A model generated the notes under the pieces. That model saw only the letters and a program-made list of their open reading frames with translations. It did no database searches and was not told the DNA's origin. DNA of 64,000 nucleotides from Roseibacillus sp. (GTDB taxonomy: Bacteria; Verrucomicrobiota; Verrucomicrobiia; Verrucomicrobiales; Akkermansiaceae): the NCBI GenBank assembly GCA_965242925.1, contig CBDEUM010000013.1, positions 64,001 through 128,000 of the forward strand, in the 5' to 3' direction. A program made the translations under genes and the position numbers. Below are positions 1 to 10,216 of the stretch, one piece after another (within the stretch, counting starts at the first letter, position 1; each line of letters opens with the position of its first letter).

Positions 1-938
1 ATCTTCCCTCCCGCGAACAGTACGAGGCAGATAATGCCAGCTTCTTCCCTCTCTCCAATTCCTCGGACTCAGGTCTTGTGGCCTTCCTCCCGATCGCGCG
101 CGGTCTGGAGATCTTTGACGATCTGGAGGATGTCACCGACTACAACTCCGCCTCTTCGACAGGATGGAACTACTACAGCCGGCCCGCCCTGCAGACCGTC
201 ATGAAACTGCGGGTGGAAGACGTGATTTCTCCCGAGGATCAAACCCCAACCTCGATTTCCTTCACTTATCTCTCTTATGGAATCGAAAAAACCGCCCTCT
301 TCACACGGGGTAACAACTGGCCAACTCAGGACTCCCCTGAGGGCTCGACCTTCCCCTTCCACCTCGAGACCACCCGGCTTGAACGACGGACCCTCGCGGT
401 CTACATCGGCAGGCTGGCCACCTACCTCAAGTTCCTTGGAGCCGATCCCCTGGCAGTGAACAATTCCCTCATGATCAACGCGAACTACCGGGACAACATC
501 AGGATCAGCAAGCCGAACATCCCCAGCCTGTCCACCGACATCTCCCTCATCCTGCGTGACACAAGGGATTTCACCGCCTTCCCGAAGGGTTTCTCCCTGG
601 TTACTCCCTTCCGGATGTATCTCGTCAATGATGTCAACATCACGGCCAGCCGCGTCGATGACAATGGAAAGAGAATCTTCCCCCCAATCTCGCTCTTCAC
701 TCCTGAAAAGCGTTTCGGAATTCGAGACAAGGCCATGAATATCGCCCTGAAGGGGCAGATCAATCACACTGGGAAAAACAGAAGCGATGCCGTCCGACCT
801 CTTGATCTCCGGTCCGGCGCCGATGACCAAGTATCCACCAACAAGATCGAAGCCGATCTTTATTCCATTACCGACCCCGATCAGTTGCCTCCCATCACGC
901 AGATGAACTGGCTTGTGACCATCGAGCAGGTTGACTGA
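1..938 (+). CDS. Hypothetical protein, C-terminal part (5'-truncated by window edge)
   Basis: The frame of ORF 78..938 is open back to position 3 (LPSREQYEADNASFF...); protein-like composition; ends in TGA; converges on the pilus operon. Confidence 0.75.
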   Translation, partial: LPSREQYEADNASFFPLSNSSDSGLVAFLPIARGLEIFDDLEDVTDYNSASSTGWNYYSRPALQTVMKLRVEDVISPEDQTPTSISFTYLSYGIEKTALFTRGNNWPTQDSPEGSTFPFHLETTRLERRTLAVYIGRLATYLKFLGADPLAVNNSLMINANYRDNIRISKPNIPSLSTDISLILRDTRDFTAFPKGFSLVTPFRMYLVNDVNITASRVDDNGKRIFPPISLFTPEKRFGIRDKAMNIALKGQINHTGKNRSDAVRPLDLRSGADDQVSTNKIEADLYSITDPDQLPPITQMNWLVTIEQVD

Positions 939-1273
939 GACCAGGGAGACCTCAAGACTCTGCCCCCTGGCGGAACCCATCAGGCTTGCCCATCCCTCAC
1001 CCCGTGATCTCAGACGATCAACGGACCCGGTCAGCTTCCGGCACGAGTGTGTGCTCACACAGGAGAGTGGTTGCACAAACCCTCCTGGCGGGCCATCGGG
1101 TTCATGGATTAAACCGTAGAAGAAATAATCCACTTCTGAAGGATCACCGATAGAATGACAGGAGGCTGGATGTGTCACCCCCTGGCCGGGACTCACCAGG
1201 GACCGGCTTTCTTCATCCTCTCCCTACGTTCACCGGAAAACAGTGGGAGTCATTCCCGAGCAAGAAGAACTGA

Positions 1274-1771
1274 CTACTCCTTTGGGGGCAGGAGGGGATG
1301 AAGCGTGTTACCGGGACTGATCGAATTTCGAAGGATCGAACCGATCCCGGAAGATGCCCTCAACGGTCGGAAAGACTCGCTGTGCGTATCCACGCGAAAC
1401 TGAAGTTCACTCAAATCCAGGTTGGTCTCCTCCAACTGCTCCTGGAGTTTCCTGTTGGCACCCTGCAACTCCGTATTCTCGGACTTCAGTTCCTGCAGCC
1501 GTGCCACGATTTCCTGCAAGGCCTGGAGGGTGGCCGTATCCTCATCGCGAGAACCAGAGAACGGCAACCTGTTCTTCCCCTCGCTGCCAGAAGCAGGAAA
1601 AATCTCCGTTCCCTCAACGGAATCGAGACCGGAACCAACTCCCGCAAGCCATTGGCCGTTCCCGGTCAATTTCCTTGCGCCCATCACATGAACCGCATGG
1701 ATCGTGACAGCTCCACACATGAGGCCAAGCGCCACCCCACTGCTCACCAGTTGAAAGAGAGGACTTTTCAT
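1274..1771 (-). CDS. Hypothetical protein with N-terminal TM/signal segment and coiled coil; last gene of pilus operon
   Basis: Hydrophobic N-terminus, heptad-rich LQEIVARLQELKSENTELQGANRKLQEQLEE; ATGA overlap with the upstream gene at 1768-1771. Confidence 0.75.
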   Translation of the reverse strand: MKSPLFQLVSSGVALGLMCGAVTIHAVHVMGARKLTGNGQWLAGVGSGLDSVEGTEIFPASGSEGKNRLPFSGSRDEDTATLQALQEIVARLQELKSENTELQGANRKLQEQLEETNLDLSELQFRVDTHSESFRPLRASSGIGSILRNSISPGNTLHPLLPPKE

Positions 1772-2457
1772 GGTTTGAGATCCGGGTGGTTGTCACCCTT
1801 CTGTTGCGGGGACGAAAATTCGGCCATGAAGGATGCGTGAACGCGAAACTCCTCAGAGCTGCTATTCTGACCCCCATCTCCATCGGCCGCCAGGATCACA
1901 ACGTCTTCTCCCGGAATCTGATCCTCATCCTGTCCGCTACCTGCTTCCGCTGCATCCCCCAACTCAGGGGCCTCCACCGCAATCTCCCTCCTCCCAGGCA
2001 TCTCGCCAGGTGGAATCGCCCGGAAGAGGGAAGGGCCCTGCCGCTTCACGATCAGCGGCTTCAGTTCTTCTCCCGGAATCTCTTCTCCTGCAGATGAATC
2101 GCCTGTCGGCGCCGGATCTCCCGGAAGTCTGGCAATGGCCGGATCCAGATTCCCTCCTCCCGCAGTATGGCGAGTGGGTTCATCCTCCCGGACGGGTCGC
2201 TTTTCCTGAATTGCAGGCGGGGTGTTCAATGGTTGATGTGCAGGCGCCGACAGAAAGACCGGCTTGGTAATGTACATCCAGCAAAACACTGCTGCCAAGG
2301 CAGTGGTCATTAGCATCAAGGGCGGATACCAGCGATACAGCCCACAACGCTGACAGGCGCATTGATCCGGCCTTTCAAGGGATTCCATTCCCGACTTCAC
2401 ATTTGCCGGGATCCTCTCACTCTCGACCGAATTTAACCTGGAAATGCTTTCGCTCAT
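1768..2457 (-). CDS. Hypothetical bitopic membrane protein
   Basis: CACQRC motif, then one TM helix (LMLMTTALAAVFCWMYI), then a low-complexity region; co-oriented in the operon. Confidence 0.7.
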   Translation of the reverse strand: MSESISRLNSVESERIPANVKSGMESLERPDQCACQRCGLYRWYPPLMLMTTALAAVFCWMYITKPVFLSAPAHQPLNTPPAIQEKRPVREDEPTRHTAGGGNLDPAIARLPGDPAPTGDSSAGEEIPGEELKPLIVKRQGPSLFRAIPPGEMPGRREIAVEAPELGDAAEAGSGQDEDQIPGEDVVILAADGDGGQNSSSEEFRVHASFMAEFSSPQQKGDNHPDLKP

Positions 2458-2478
2458 ACTGAATCCGAGAGGGCCAAT

Positions 2479-2949
2479 TTACTTGTTGTGGCTAACCGTG
2501 ATACGTCGGTTTGCGTAGGTGATCTCCACGACATCCGAGAGAGCGGGAAACTTCGTCAGGACCAACCGTTCCTCAGTGAGCGTAAGCTGCCGGAGAATGT
2601 TTCCGACCAGGGAGTAAGCCTGTAACCCCGGAACAGTCTCCATCTTGTTTGTTCCAGCACCAGTCAAAATGCCATCATTGCGATGAATCGTGAAAGAGGT
2701 GTAGGCCTCTGTCGAACTTTCCCCATAAACGCGAACCGCGATCCCATCAGTGTAGACGCGGCAGAAGAAGGCCTTGCTTCTTACGTTGAAGGATGCGCCA
2801 TCACGGATCTTCATCCGTTTGTCGAATCTGTAGTTCCCAACAAAACGAAACCCCGGAGAAAGGGAATCCTCCTGGGCCATACTCGTCTCCGACGTCAGGC
2901 AGAGAAAGGACGCCAGAACCAGCAACAGAGATGGAACCGTTCTTATCAT
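2479..2949 (-). CDS. Hypothetical secreted protein
   Basis: Sec-type signal peptide (MIRTVPSLLLVLASFLCLTSETSMA-Q); ATGA overlap with the pilin gene. Confidence 0.75.
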   Translation of the reverse strand: MIRTVPSLLLVLASFLCLTSETSMAQEDSLSPGFRFVGNYRFDKRMKIRDGASFNVRSKAFFCRVYTDGIAVRVYGESSTEAYTSFTIHRNDGILTGAGTNKMETVPGLQAYSLVGNILRQLTLTEERLVLTKFPALSDVVEITYANRRITVSHNK

Positions 2950-3356
2950 TCGCCCACGTCCCAGAGGGAATCCGTAGAGGATCCAGAAGGATCATACACT
3001 CTACCACCCGCTTCCGTCAGAATCGGTGGCGACTTTGTTACATCATAGGTGAGGCTGTTACCGTTGAGATCCTCCACCCCGGGAAGAGCTGCGCCACCAC
3101 TCGGAAGGTATTGGATCAAGTCATTGGTCGTTATCGAATCAACCGCCTTCCTCGGGTGGTCCGCGAGGTAGGAGCGTTGCGCCACGTATACTTCCCGCAG
3201 AGCCGCGGAGGCCTTCTTGCCTTTGTTCCACTCGCCGATATTGCCGGCGAAGTACATCGTCGCTCCCATGATGCTGAGGATGATGAAGATGACAACCGTC
3301 AGCTCGATGAGAGTGACCCCCGCCCGGGGTGGTGTTTGATGACGATGTCTGTTCAT
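2946..3356 (-). CDS. Type IV pilin-like protein (minor pilin/pseudopilin)
   Basis: Class III signal peptide RAG|VTLIELTVVIFIIL with Glu at +5. Confidence 0.9.
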   Translation of the reverse strand: MNRHRHQTPPRAGVTLIELTVVIFIILSIMGATMYFAGNIGEWNKGKKASAALREVYVAQRSYLADHPRKAVDSITTNDLIQYLPSGGAALPGVEDLNGNSLTYDVTKSPPILTEAGGRVYDPSGSSTDSLWDVGE

Positions 3357-3387
3357 GGCTGATATGGTTTTGCGTTGATGATCTGAA

Positions 3388-3807
3388 CTACCTGTCCCTC
3401 AAGAGATCCAGGGACTCAATGATCTCGGTCTTGAGTCCCTCATTGGTGATGACCGCGTAGCCCAGGATAAGAACGGTGAATGCGACCACTATGACCACCG
3501 CCCACCAGAAGAGCCGGAAGAAAAAGCTCTTTCCCTCGGGTGCAATGATCGGTTTGTACCAAGGATTACCCTCTACTATCCTGGTGGCAAACATCTGGTT
3601 TCCTTTCCGAAGAACGGCCAGCAGGATCTCCAGGTCCCTCCTCGCATTAACGATCAACCGATAGCGGTAGCGCCGGGTGGGTGATTCTTCCAGTTCCTCG
3701 ATTAATACCTGCGAAGGCACTCCCGATTCCGGGAGTCTCATCGTATAAATATGAGTCCGGTAAATGAACTTCTCCCGGAGCCAGCGGTCGAATTGGGTCA
3801 GTTGCAT
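3388..3807 (-). CDS. Hypothetical membrane protein in pilus operon
   Basis: 139 aa with a C-terminal TM helix (FWWAVVIVVAFTVLILGYAVI); tightly packed between pilC and the pilin. Confidence 0.75.
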   Translation of the reverse strand: MQLTQFDRWLREKFIYRTHIYTMRLPESGVPSQVLIEELEESPTRRYRYRLIVNARRDLEILLAVLRKGNQMFATRIVEGNPWYKPIIAPEGKSFFFRLFWWAVVIVVAFTVLILGYAVITNEGLKTEIIESLDLLRDR

Positions 3808-3819
3808 CGTTTTCCGGTG

Positions 3820-4953
3820 TTAGATTCCACTCTGCATCATCTTCGGTCCCATCAGGAAGATCGGCAGAAAGGTGCCGATGAAGACTGCGGCAATCAAGGA
3901 GACCGCCATCAGGAGGACGAGGAAGTTGAGAACCTGGGTGAAGTCATTCATGTAATTCTCGGCTTCTTCCTCGTACATGTCGGCGAGCATCTTCAACTGG
4001 TTGTCAATCGAGGCTGATCGCTCACCAATGGACATCATGTGAACCACCTGCTCGTCCACGGAAGTGAACTTGCTGAAGGCAAGCGAAAGAGGAACCCCGG
4101 AGTGCTCATACTGATCCGCCGCATGCCGGATTTCCGGATAGAGAGGCGTTGCCTTGACGGACTTGGCCGCCACCCGCATGGATTTGGAAAGGTTGATCCC
4201 GTTCGAATAGAGAAGCTCCATGGTGGAGAGAAAGGTCATCTGGCGCAGGCTCATGACCAGCTGGCTGAGGAGACGCCACTTCGACATCGCAATCGAGGTA
4301 ATGGTATTTCGAACCCCCTCTGATCGCCAGATGAGCGCTCCCATGACCATCACGCCCAGGACCACGAAAGGCCACAAGACCCGGGTGGCGTGACTCACCT
4401 TGAAGGCGATGGCAGTGAGCCCGTCAGGCTTCTGGCGGACCTGTTCCAGCATGCCCTCCACCTGAGGCACGATTTTCACCTGAGAAACGATGAAGGCCCC
4501 GATGAGCACCGCAATCACGATACCCGGAAGAAGAACCGCCTTGCGAATCTGCTTCCTGAAGTAGAGATCGGCCTTCAGGCGATCGGCGAGCTCTCGAAAG
4601 GCGCGGTTAAGCTGGCCGGAATCTCCCCCGGCCTGGATCAGACCAATGGTCATGTCATCAAAACGGTCGGTCCTGCGGAAAGCCTCGTGAATCGACATCC
4701 CGGATTCGGTATCAAAACGGATCTGCTCCAGAGTGGAGGCCATCGCCTTGTTGGGAAGACCCTGTCCGTAGTACTTGAGCGCGTCAGAGGTGTTGATCTG
4801 CGCCTTGAGCATGGAGGCCAGGCCCCGGAACAGGTGGATCAGATCTTTCTTCTTGAAACGCTGTATCTTCACCTTTTTCCTCGTCACGGCGGCATGCTGA
4901 GCGGACGCGTGAGACAGGGAGACAGGGGTTGTAGTGGAGCTGCCGTTACTCAT
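3820..4953 (-). CDS. pilC: Type IV pilus/T2SS inner-membrane platform protein (PilC/GspF family)
   Basis: Two T2SSF-like repeats (GLIQAGGDSGQL, MMSIGERSASID), three TM segments, follows pilB. Confidence 0.9.
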   Translation of the reverse strand: MSNGSSTTTPVSLSHASAQHAAVTRKKVKIQRFKKKDLIHLFRGLASMLKAQINTSDALKYYGQGLPNKAMASTLEQIRFDTESGMSIHEAFRRTDRFDDMTIGLIQAGGDSGQLNRAFRELADRLKADLYFRKQIRKAVLLPGIVIAVLIGAFIVSQVKIVPQVEGMLEQVRQKPDGLTAIAFKVSHATRVLWPFVVLGVMVMGALIWRSEGVRNTITSIAMSKWRLLSQLVMSLRQMTFLSTMELLYSNGINLSKSMRVAAKSVKATPLYPEIRHAADQYEHSGVPLSLAFSKFTSVDEQVVHMMSIGERSASIDNQLKMLADMYEEEAENYMNDFTQVLNFLVLLMAVSLIAAVFIGTFLPIFLMGPKMMQSGI

Positions 4954-6640
4954 CGGAATATGTCATGTCGATTGTTTTGCTGACTGCCTTCAGGTCGGTC
5001 TGACCTTCCGCCAGGAGGCGTAATCCGCTTCGCCGAAGATTCGGGAGCGTTCCGTCATTAAGAACCATGATTTCGAGATCGTAGGGACTGATCTCCCCCT
5101 TGGAGAGTTGATCGGAGACCCGCGGAGTGATCGGAATGATCTCGAGAATTGCGGTTCGACCGCTGTACCCAGTCTGCCGGCACTCCGAACATCCCTCCGG
5201 TCGCGCGACGAAGAGAGGCCGTTCCGCCCATTCGTCACCAAGATTGAACAATCGACGCTCGGTCTCCTCCACTCCATCTACCTGGACCTTGCAGTCAGGA
5301 CAGAGCACCTTGATCAGACGCTGTGCACAGGCAGCCTTGAGGGTCTGTGCAATTTTCCAGCGCTCGATCTTCAGTTGCTCAAAACGCTCAATGATCTGGG
5401 ATGCCCTGGGAGTGTGGATGGTGGTCAGGACCTTGTGTCCCGTCACCGCAGCCTCAATGGCCAGTTCGGCCGACTCGGTATCCCGCACCTCCCCCATCAG
5501 AATGATGTCGGGATCACTCCGCATGAAACTGGTGATCATCGGCTTGAACTCCGAGGCGCTCTTAAGATCACAGTGAGTCACTCCTGGAATTTCATCCTCC
5601 ACCGGATTCTCCAGAGTAAGAATATTAACCTCGGGACGGTTGAGTTCCCGCAACATCGCGTTCAGGGTCGTCGATTTTCCAGACCCTGTCGGTCCGCTCA
5701 TCACGATGATCCCCGCCGGGATCTTCATCACACGATTGAGCTCGAAAAGGGTTTCATCATCGAAGGCCAGCGAACCCTTTCCGAGCTTCACGTTGATGTG
5801 ACTTTTATCAAGAAGCCGCATCGTGACATGGTAGCCCCGGTAGGTACGATGGCGTTCATAGCGGATGTCAATGGGCCGGTGGTAATAGGCGATGGTAAAA
5901 CGACCCGAGATTCCCGGCTTTGTATTGCGGGTCTCGGCGGGCAGTTTCATCAGATTGAGGAAGAACGCATCAATGCGATCCTTGAGCTTCATCGGCATCT
6001 CCACCTTGTCACCGAGGTCTCCATCGATCCGAAAGCAATAGTAAAACGATTCCTTTTCCACCTTGAAGTGGACATCGGAAGCACGAAGCTTGGTGGCGGT
6101 GGCAAGGATTGTGGCGGCGAGCTGGGTGATCGGCTCGTCGTATTCCGCGGTCACATCGAAATCCTGCAGTCCCTCATCGAGATCCTCTACATCGATGGAC
6201 TCCAGCTGGGAATGATTGGGTCCCTGGGTGGTTGTTACGCGCTCGATTGCACGGCTTATCTCACTGCTCAGCGTGACGACCTTGTCCAGTTGAAGATCAG
6301 GAAAGCGAGGGGGAAGATACTCGTCCGGCAAGGAACTCCAGGGATTGGATACTGCGACGAGAAGCCGCTCCCCGTAGCTGCAGAGGGGGGTAAATCCTCC
6401 CCGCGTGAGCAAGGCCGGATCACAGGCATCCAGAAGAGAAGAGTCACAGAACTCTGCTATCTTTGGCAGGAACGGCAGCCCGTTCACCTGCGCGATGGCG
6501 GACATGAACAGGGGGCGGGAAACCCTGTTGGGAACCTGGTCATGGCCCAGCTCGGCCAGGGAGGAGTCATGTGCAGCGAGCGCATCCATGACCCGACCGC
6601 TGATCAAGTCGTTGAACTGAATGCCGTCAAACTCAATCAT
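4946..6640 (-). CDS. pilB: Type IV pilus assembly ATPase (PilB/GspE family)
   Basis: ASDVHF, Walker A GPTGSGKST, TLENPVE, RSDPDIILMGEVRD, TGHKVLTTIH, Zn motif CPDC...CSEC. Start placed at ATG 6640, which overlaps the upstream stop; the track gives 6673. Confidence 0.93.
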   Translation of the reverse strand: MIEFDGIQFNDLISGRVMDALAAHDSSLAELGHDQVPNRVSRPLFMSAIAQVNGLPFLPKIAEFCDSSLLDACDPALLTRGGFTPLCSYGERLLVAVSNPWSSLPDEYLPPRFPDLQLDKVVTLSSEISRAIERVTTTQGPNHSQLESIDVEDLDEGLQDFDVTAEYDEPITQLAATILATATKLRASDVHFKVEKESFYYCFRIDGDLGDKVEMPMKLKDRIDAFFLNLMKLPAETRNTKPGISGRFTIAYYHRPIDIRYERHRTYRGYHVTMRLLDKSHINVKLGKGSLAFDDETLFELNRVMKIPAGIIVMSGPTGSGKSTTLNAMLRELNRPEVNILTLENPVEDEIPGVTHCDLKSASEFKPMITSFMRSDPDIILMGEVRDTESAELAIEAAVTGHKVLTTIHTPRASQIIERFEQLKIERWKIAQTLKAACAQRLIKVLCPDCKVQVDGVEETERRLFNLGDEWAERPLFVARPEGCSECRQTGYSGRTAILEIIPITPRVSDQLSKGEISPYDLEIMVLNDGTLPNLRRSGLRLLAEGQTDLKAVSKTIDMTYSDE

Positions 6641-7218
6641 ATCCCAAACTGTTGCTGACAGAGTGACATCCATCCATCATGGTGGAGTAGTACCCGCGAT
6701 ACAATTGGAGTGGTTCCGGTTTTCTCCCCGATGGTGTGCATGATGATCTCGGCGGCAATACCGAGCGCGACGGGATTGATCGAAGCGACTCCGATCGCCT
6801 CCGATTCCTCGGCGTAGAGAATGGGAGTCATCAGCCTTCTGCATTCCGTCAGGAGATTCTCATGGAGATCATAGAAAGCGGAGGGCGTGGACATCCTGCT
6901 TGCGAAGGGCACCAACGCCAGCTGCTGGCCCATGGCCTGCGAAAGAGCCCGTCCCAGTTGTTCGACTTCCAGGGGACGGGCATCAGGATCGCCTACGCGC
7001 AGGGCCGTGAGAAACTCAAGAGGATCCCACGGCCTTGGTCCCTGCAGCGGCGCCAAGCCGTGTTCCCGGAGCTGGTGCAGTTCAGCCGGAGTCGCCAGGC
7101 CCTGCTCCTGAAGGAGCTTGGTGGTCTGATCGAGGCAGGTCGGGTCGGTGGCAGTGGGTGCACCTCCGGGAAGAGATGCACTCTCCAGCACAGCCGTATT
7201 TCCAGCCTGGGTTTGCAT
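6637..7218 (-). CDS. Hypothetical protein resembling a stand-alone PilB/GspE N-terminal domain
   Basis: ECRRLMTPILYAEESEAIGVASINP resembles the PilB N-domain signature (compare TRGGFTPLCSYGERLLVAVSNP in the adjacent PilB); translationally coupled to pilB. Confidence 0.6.
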   Translation of the reverse strand: MQTQAGNTAVLESASLPGGAPTATDPTCLDQTTKLLQEQGLATPAELHQLREHGLAPLQGPRPWDPLEFLTALRVGDPDARPLEVEQLGRALSQAMGQQLALVPFASRMSTPSAFYDLHENLLTECRRLMTPILYAEESEAIGVASINPVALGIAAEIIMHTIGEKTGTTPIVSRVLLHHDGWMSLCQQQFGI

Positions 7219-7224
7219 GTTGGA

Positions 7225-9063
7225 CTAGCGCTTTCGGATGAACTTCAGGCGGCCATGACGAAGCACACTCTTGGCCCGGCCTTCACGGGATTCCCCTAGA
7301 TCTACCTTCAACTCTTCCACCGTGGGACGGTGATCCCGCTGACTGGGCCGCAGATCCTCAAGGGCCCGATTCAGGTCCGGTTCGTGGGCCGGTCCCGGAA
7401 GTGCTGGCTCAATCCAGTCGTGGCCGGGCTTGAGGCTCACATCATCACGGATCGCTCTGCTGGTCGCACCGTTCTCGGCAACACTCCCCGGATTGTAGGA
7501 GGTCGGAGTCACTACAAAAACAAGGCTTGAGGTTTCCTTGACGGCCTCCTTGCTCTTGAAGAAGAAGTTGATGCCGGGGATGTCTCCTAGAAGGGGCACC
7601 TTGTTCTTGTCCTTCGTCTTCACCTGCCCGTAGAAGCCGCCCACCACGAGGGAGTGCCCATCAGGAATGCGGGTGACAGTCTCGATCATGGACTCGGATA
7701 CACGGGGATACCTGTTTCCACTCTGCCCGATGATCTCCCCCACAACCTGAGCCGAACGGGGACGCATCTTCATCCGGATCGTGCCGTCAGGAAGGAGAGT
7801 CGGGGTGACCGCCACCGTCACTCCAATCTCACGGGTAGTAGAGGGATCCCCCACCGGATCCTTTGCGTCCACCGAATAGCGCACCTCTTCCGTGACCTGG
7901 TTACTCACCTCGGTCTCGTTGATAGTCGTGGTAATGATCGGAACACGATCAATGAGAGCGATCGTAGCTTTTTCATTATCCTCCGTGATCAGCGTCGGAT
8001 TGGAGGTCTGGGTTACAAGTCCTCCCTTCTGCAACGCATGGAGAACTCCACCCATTTGAACCGGGGAAAGAACAATCGTGTTGTTGCTGGGAGTATCGCT
8101 CCCACGGAGAACAGATCCTGTTCCGAGGGTTCCGGTGGCGGCGAGGGTATTATCGATGCCGAAGAGGGAATTCAGGCTCGCGATAGTCTCAAGCGGGATT
8201 CCGGTGCTCCCAAGATTGGAGGACCAATCGACTCCCTTGCGCTCGCCGGCACTACTGTTCACGCTGAGGATCTTGATTTCGATGACGACCTGACCCTTGG
8301 CCTTGTCTACCATGGTAAGCAGATTCTTGGCACGCTCCACCTGATGGGCTGCATCAACGATAATGATGGTGTTGGTCTTCGGTTCATAATTGGCGACCCC
8401 GGTAGGTGACAGCAGGGGCTGGATTAATCCCTTGATCTGCTCGATGTCCGTGGGACGTAAATAGCGCAGCTGATAATGCCACTCCGACGCGGGCAACCGG
8501 TTGAGTTGCTCGGCATTCAGCGCATAAACGGTATTCCCCTTGGTGTAGAGTGTCAGGCCATACTGGAATGCCAGTTCCTCCATCTGCTGCAGGGGATCAC
8601 CACCATTGAGGTGGCCGCTGACATTGAAATCGGCACCGGTAATACTGGTGTTGTGGAAATACTGCTTGTTCGCACGCTTGGCCAGCATCTGGAAGATATC
8701 GTTGATTGCGGCATCCCTGATCAGGTATTCACCATTGCTCTCCTCGATCTGCCCGAGATCATCGCCCGGAGCACCGGGTCCTCCATTCTCTCCACTCGGA
8801 GGTGGAGGCGGGGGTGGCAATTCGGAAAGATCACGCCCCGCGGGAAGGGCCGGAGCTCCGATGGGCACCGTCTCACCGGGCGGATTGGCTGGTGGTGGAG
8901 GCGGATCCGCCACACCTGGTGCCGAAGGATCAAACTCGGGAGGGCTTACCACCGGCGGTGACTCATCCTGTTCTTCCGGAAGAACTGGGACTGGAACCTG
9001 CTGCCCATGAACGAGTGCAACGCTCAGCAGCAGCAGAGAAAACAGTAACTTTTTCGGTTTCAT
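7225..9063 (-). CDS. Secretin (PilQ/GspD family)
   Basis: Signal peptide, Pro-rich linker, N3-like domain (EPKTNTIII), secretin C-domain (QVVIEIKIL...GHSLVVGG...KVPLLGDIPGINFFFK). Confidence 0.92.
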   Translation of the reverse strand: MKPKKLLFSLLLLSVALVHGQQVPVPVLPEEQDESPPVVSPPEFDPSAPGVADPPPPPANPPGETVPIGAPALPAGRDLSELPPPPPPPSGENGGPGAPGDDLGQIEESNGEYLIRDAAINDIFQMLAKRANKQYFHNTSITGADFNVSGHLNGGDPLQQMEELAFQYGLTLYTKGNTVYALNAEQLNRLPASEWHYQLRYLRPTDIEQIKGLIQPLLSPTGVANYEPKTNTIIIVDAAHQVERAKNLLTMVDKAKGQVVIEIKILSVNSSAGERKGVDWSSNLGSTGIPLETIASLNSLFGIDNTLAATGTLGTGSVLRGSDTPSNNTIVLSPVQMGGVLHALQKGGLVTQTSNPTLITEDNEKATIALIDRVPIITTTINETEVSNQVTEEVRYSVDAKDPVGDPSTTREIGVTVAVTPTLLPDGTIRMKMRPRSAQVVGEIIGQSGNRYPRVSESMIETVTRIPDGHSLVVGGFYGQVKTKDKNKVPLLGDIPGINFFFKSKEAVKETSSLVFVVTPTSYNPGSVAENGATSRAIRDDVSLKPGHDWIEPALPGPAHEPDLNRALEDLRPSQRDHRPTVEELKVDLGESREGRAKSVLRHGRLKFIRKR

Positions 9064-9092
9064 AACGGTATTCTTGTTAGGGGGTGGATTCC

Positions 9093-9692
9093 TTACGGGG
9101 CGGCAGGGGAGGTATTGGTATCAAGCCGGAGGGGCTCCGCTTCGCCTCGGCTCCTGGAGGTAACGCCCTGCACCCGGACCCGGCCTGCGGCGGCGGTCAC
9201 GCCCTCGGGAAGGACATCGAGGCGGCGAAGAGCGATTTCTCCGGTCCGCAGATTTCTGAAGGTCACCCGGGAGGATCGGACAGCCTCGACCCGGACGGAG
9301 AGGCGCTCACCACCGCGGACGATGGGAAAAACCTGGCCCACCCGGAAGATGCGGGCGCCGACCAGAAACTCCTTCTCCCTCGAATTGATCACGGAAATCT
9401 GGATGCCGTTGATGAATTCGATGAAAGGTGTCTTGCTAATCTTCTTGGCGACATGGTTGTCCACCGGAGTCTTCGCCGGATTCTGATAGAGACCAAATGG
9501 CCCGCGCTCACGGCTGATGATGGAGAGTCGTTTTCTCATTCTTGCGATCCGGTCATCCAGATCTGCAGAAAGAAACCTCGCGGGGGTGCCCCCGGGCACA
9601 GCCGAGGAAACAACTGGAACAGGCTCCCCGGCAGCCAGCAGGGAAGTGGCGAGAGGGAGAATAAGGAGAATCGCTTTCATTTCTTCTGCCAT
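9093..9692 (-). CDS. Secreted PilP-like pilus assembly protein
   Basis: Signal peptide, GPFG motif, beta-rich C-terminal domain (FLVGARIFRVGQVF...VEAVRSSRVTF); lies between the PilO-like gene and the secretin. Confidence 0.6.
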   Translation of the reverse strand: MAEEMKAILLILPLATSLLAAGEPVPVVSSAVPGGTPARFLSADLDDRIARMRKRLSIISRERGPFGLYQNPAKTPVDNHVAKKISKTPFIEFINGIQISVINSREKEFLVGARIFRVGQVFPIVRGGERLSVRVEAVRSSRVTFRNLRTGEIALRRLDVLPEGVTAAAGRVRVQGVTSRSRGEAEPLRLDTNTSPAAP

Positions 9693-10216
9693 GTGGTGTA
9701 AACGACGTTCGCGTTTAGGACATTCTGGTTGGAGGCCCTGGAGAGTTTGATGCTATCGAGTTGTAGTTGCGGCATTCTTGTCTCCAGTTCGAGGAAGGCG
9801 GTCTGGAGAGCCCGGAAAGTTCCGCGGAAGGAGAAGTGCAGCTGACTGGACGGCTGCTTGCTTGCGCCACCAATGCCCCCCGCCGTGGAGGTTGGACGGA
9901 AGGCCGTCTGCTGGAAATGAGTGGCATCGAATTCATTCTGAAACTCACGGAAGAACGTATTGACGGTGGTGGCGGCAGGCTGCTCGAAAAGAGCCATCCA
10001 GCGATGCATGTGCGGAGCCTGCGACTGAACGTTCTGCTCCAGCACTCCCCGTTCCCTTTCCAGGATCTTGAAGGTCTGGTGGTGATTGCGCCGGGCTTCG
10101 TACGTGTTCTCCATCTTTCCCTGAAAGTGAACTCCCAAGCCCAGACCAATCACGACAAGCAGCACCGGAGCTACCAGGCCGAAGACGATGACGGACTCTT
10201 TGTAATGCGGGTTCAT
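9677..10216 (-). CDS. PilO/GspM-like alignment protein
   Basis: TM plus coiled coil plus ferredoxin-like signature FSFRGTFRALQTAFLELETRMPQLQLDSIKL. Confidence 0.7.
   Translation of the reverse strand: MNPHYKESVIVFGLVAPVLLVVIGLGLGVHFQGKMENTYEARRNHHQTFKILERERGVLEQNVQSQAPHMHRWMALFEQPAATTVNTFFREFQNEFDATHFQQTAFRPTSTAGGIGGASKQPSSQLHFSFRGTFRALQTAFLELETRMPQLQLDSIKLSRASNQNVLNANVVYTTWQKK

Noticed and set aside
940..1270. Loose CCTGGCGG..CCATC repeats between convergent genes
   Set aside because: Too short and degenerate to support a repeat family or ncRNA.
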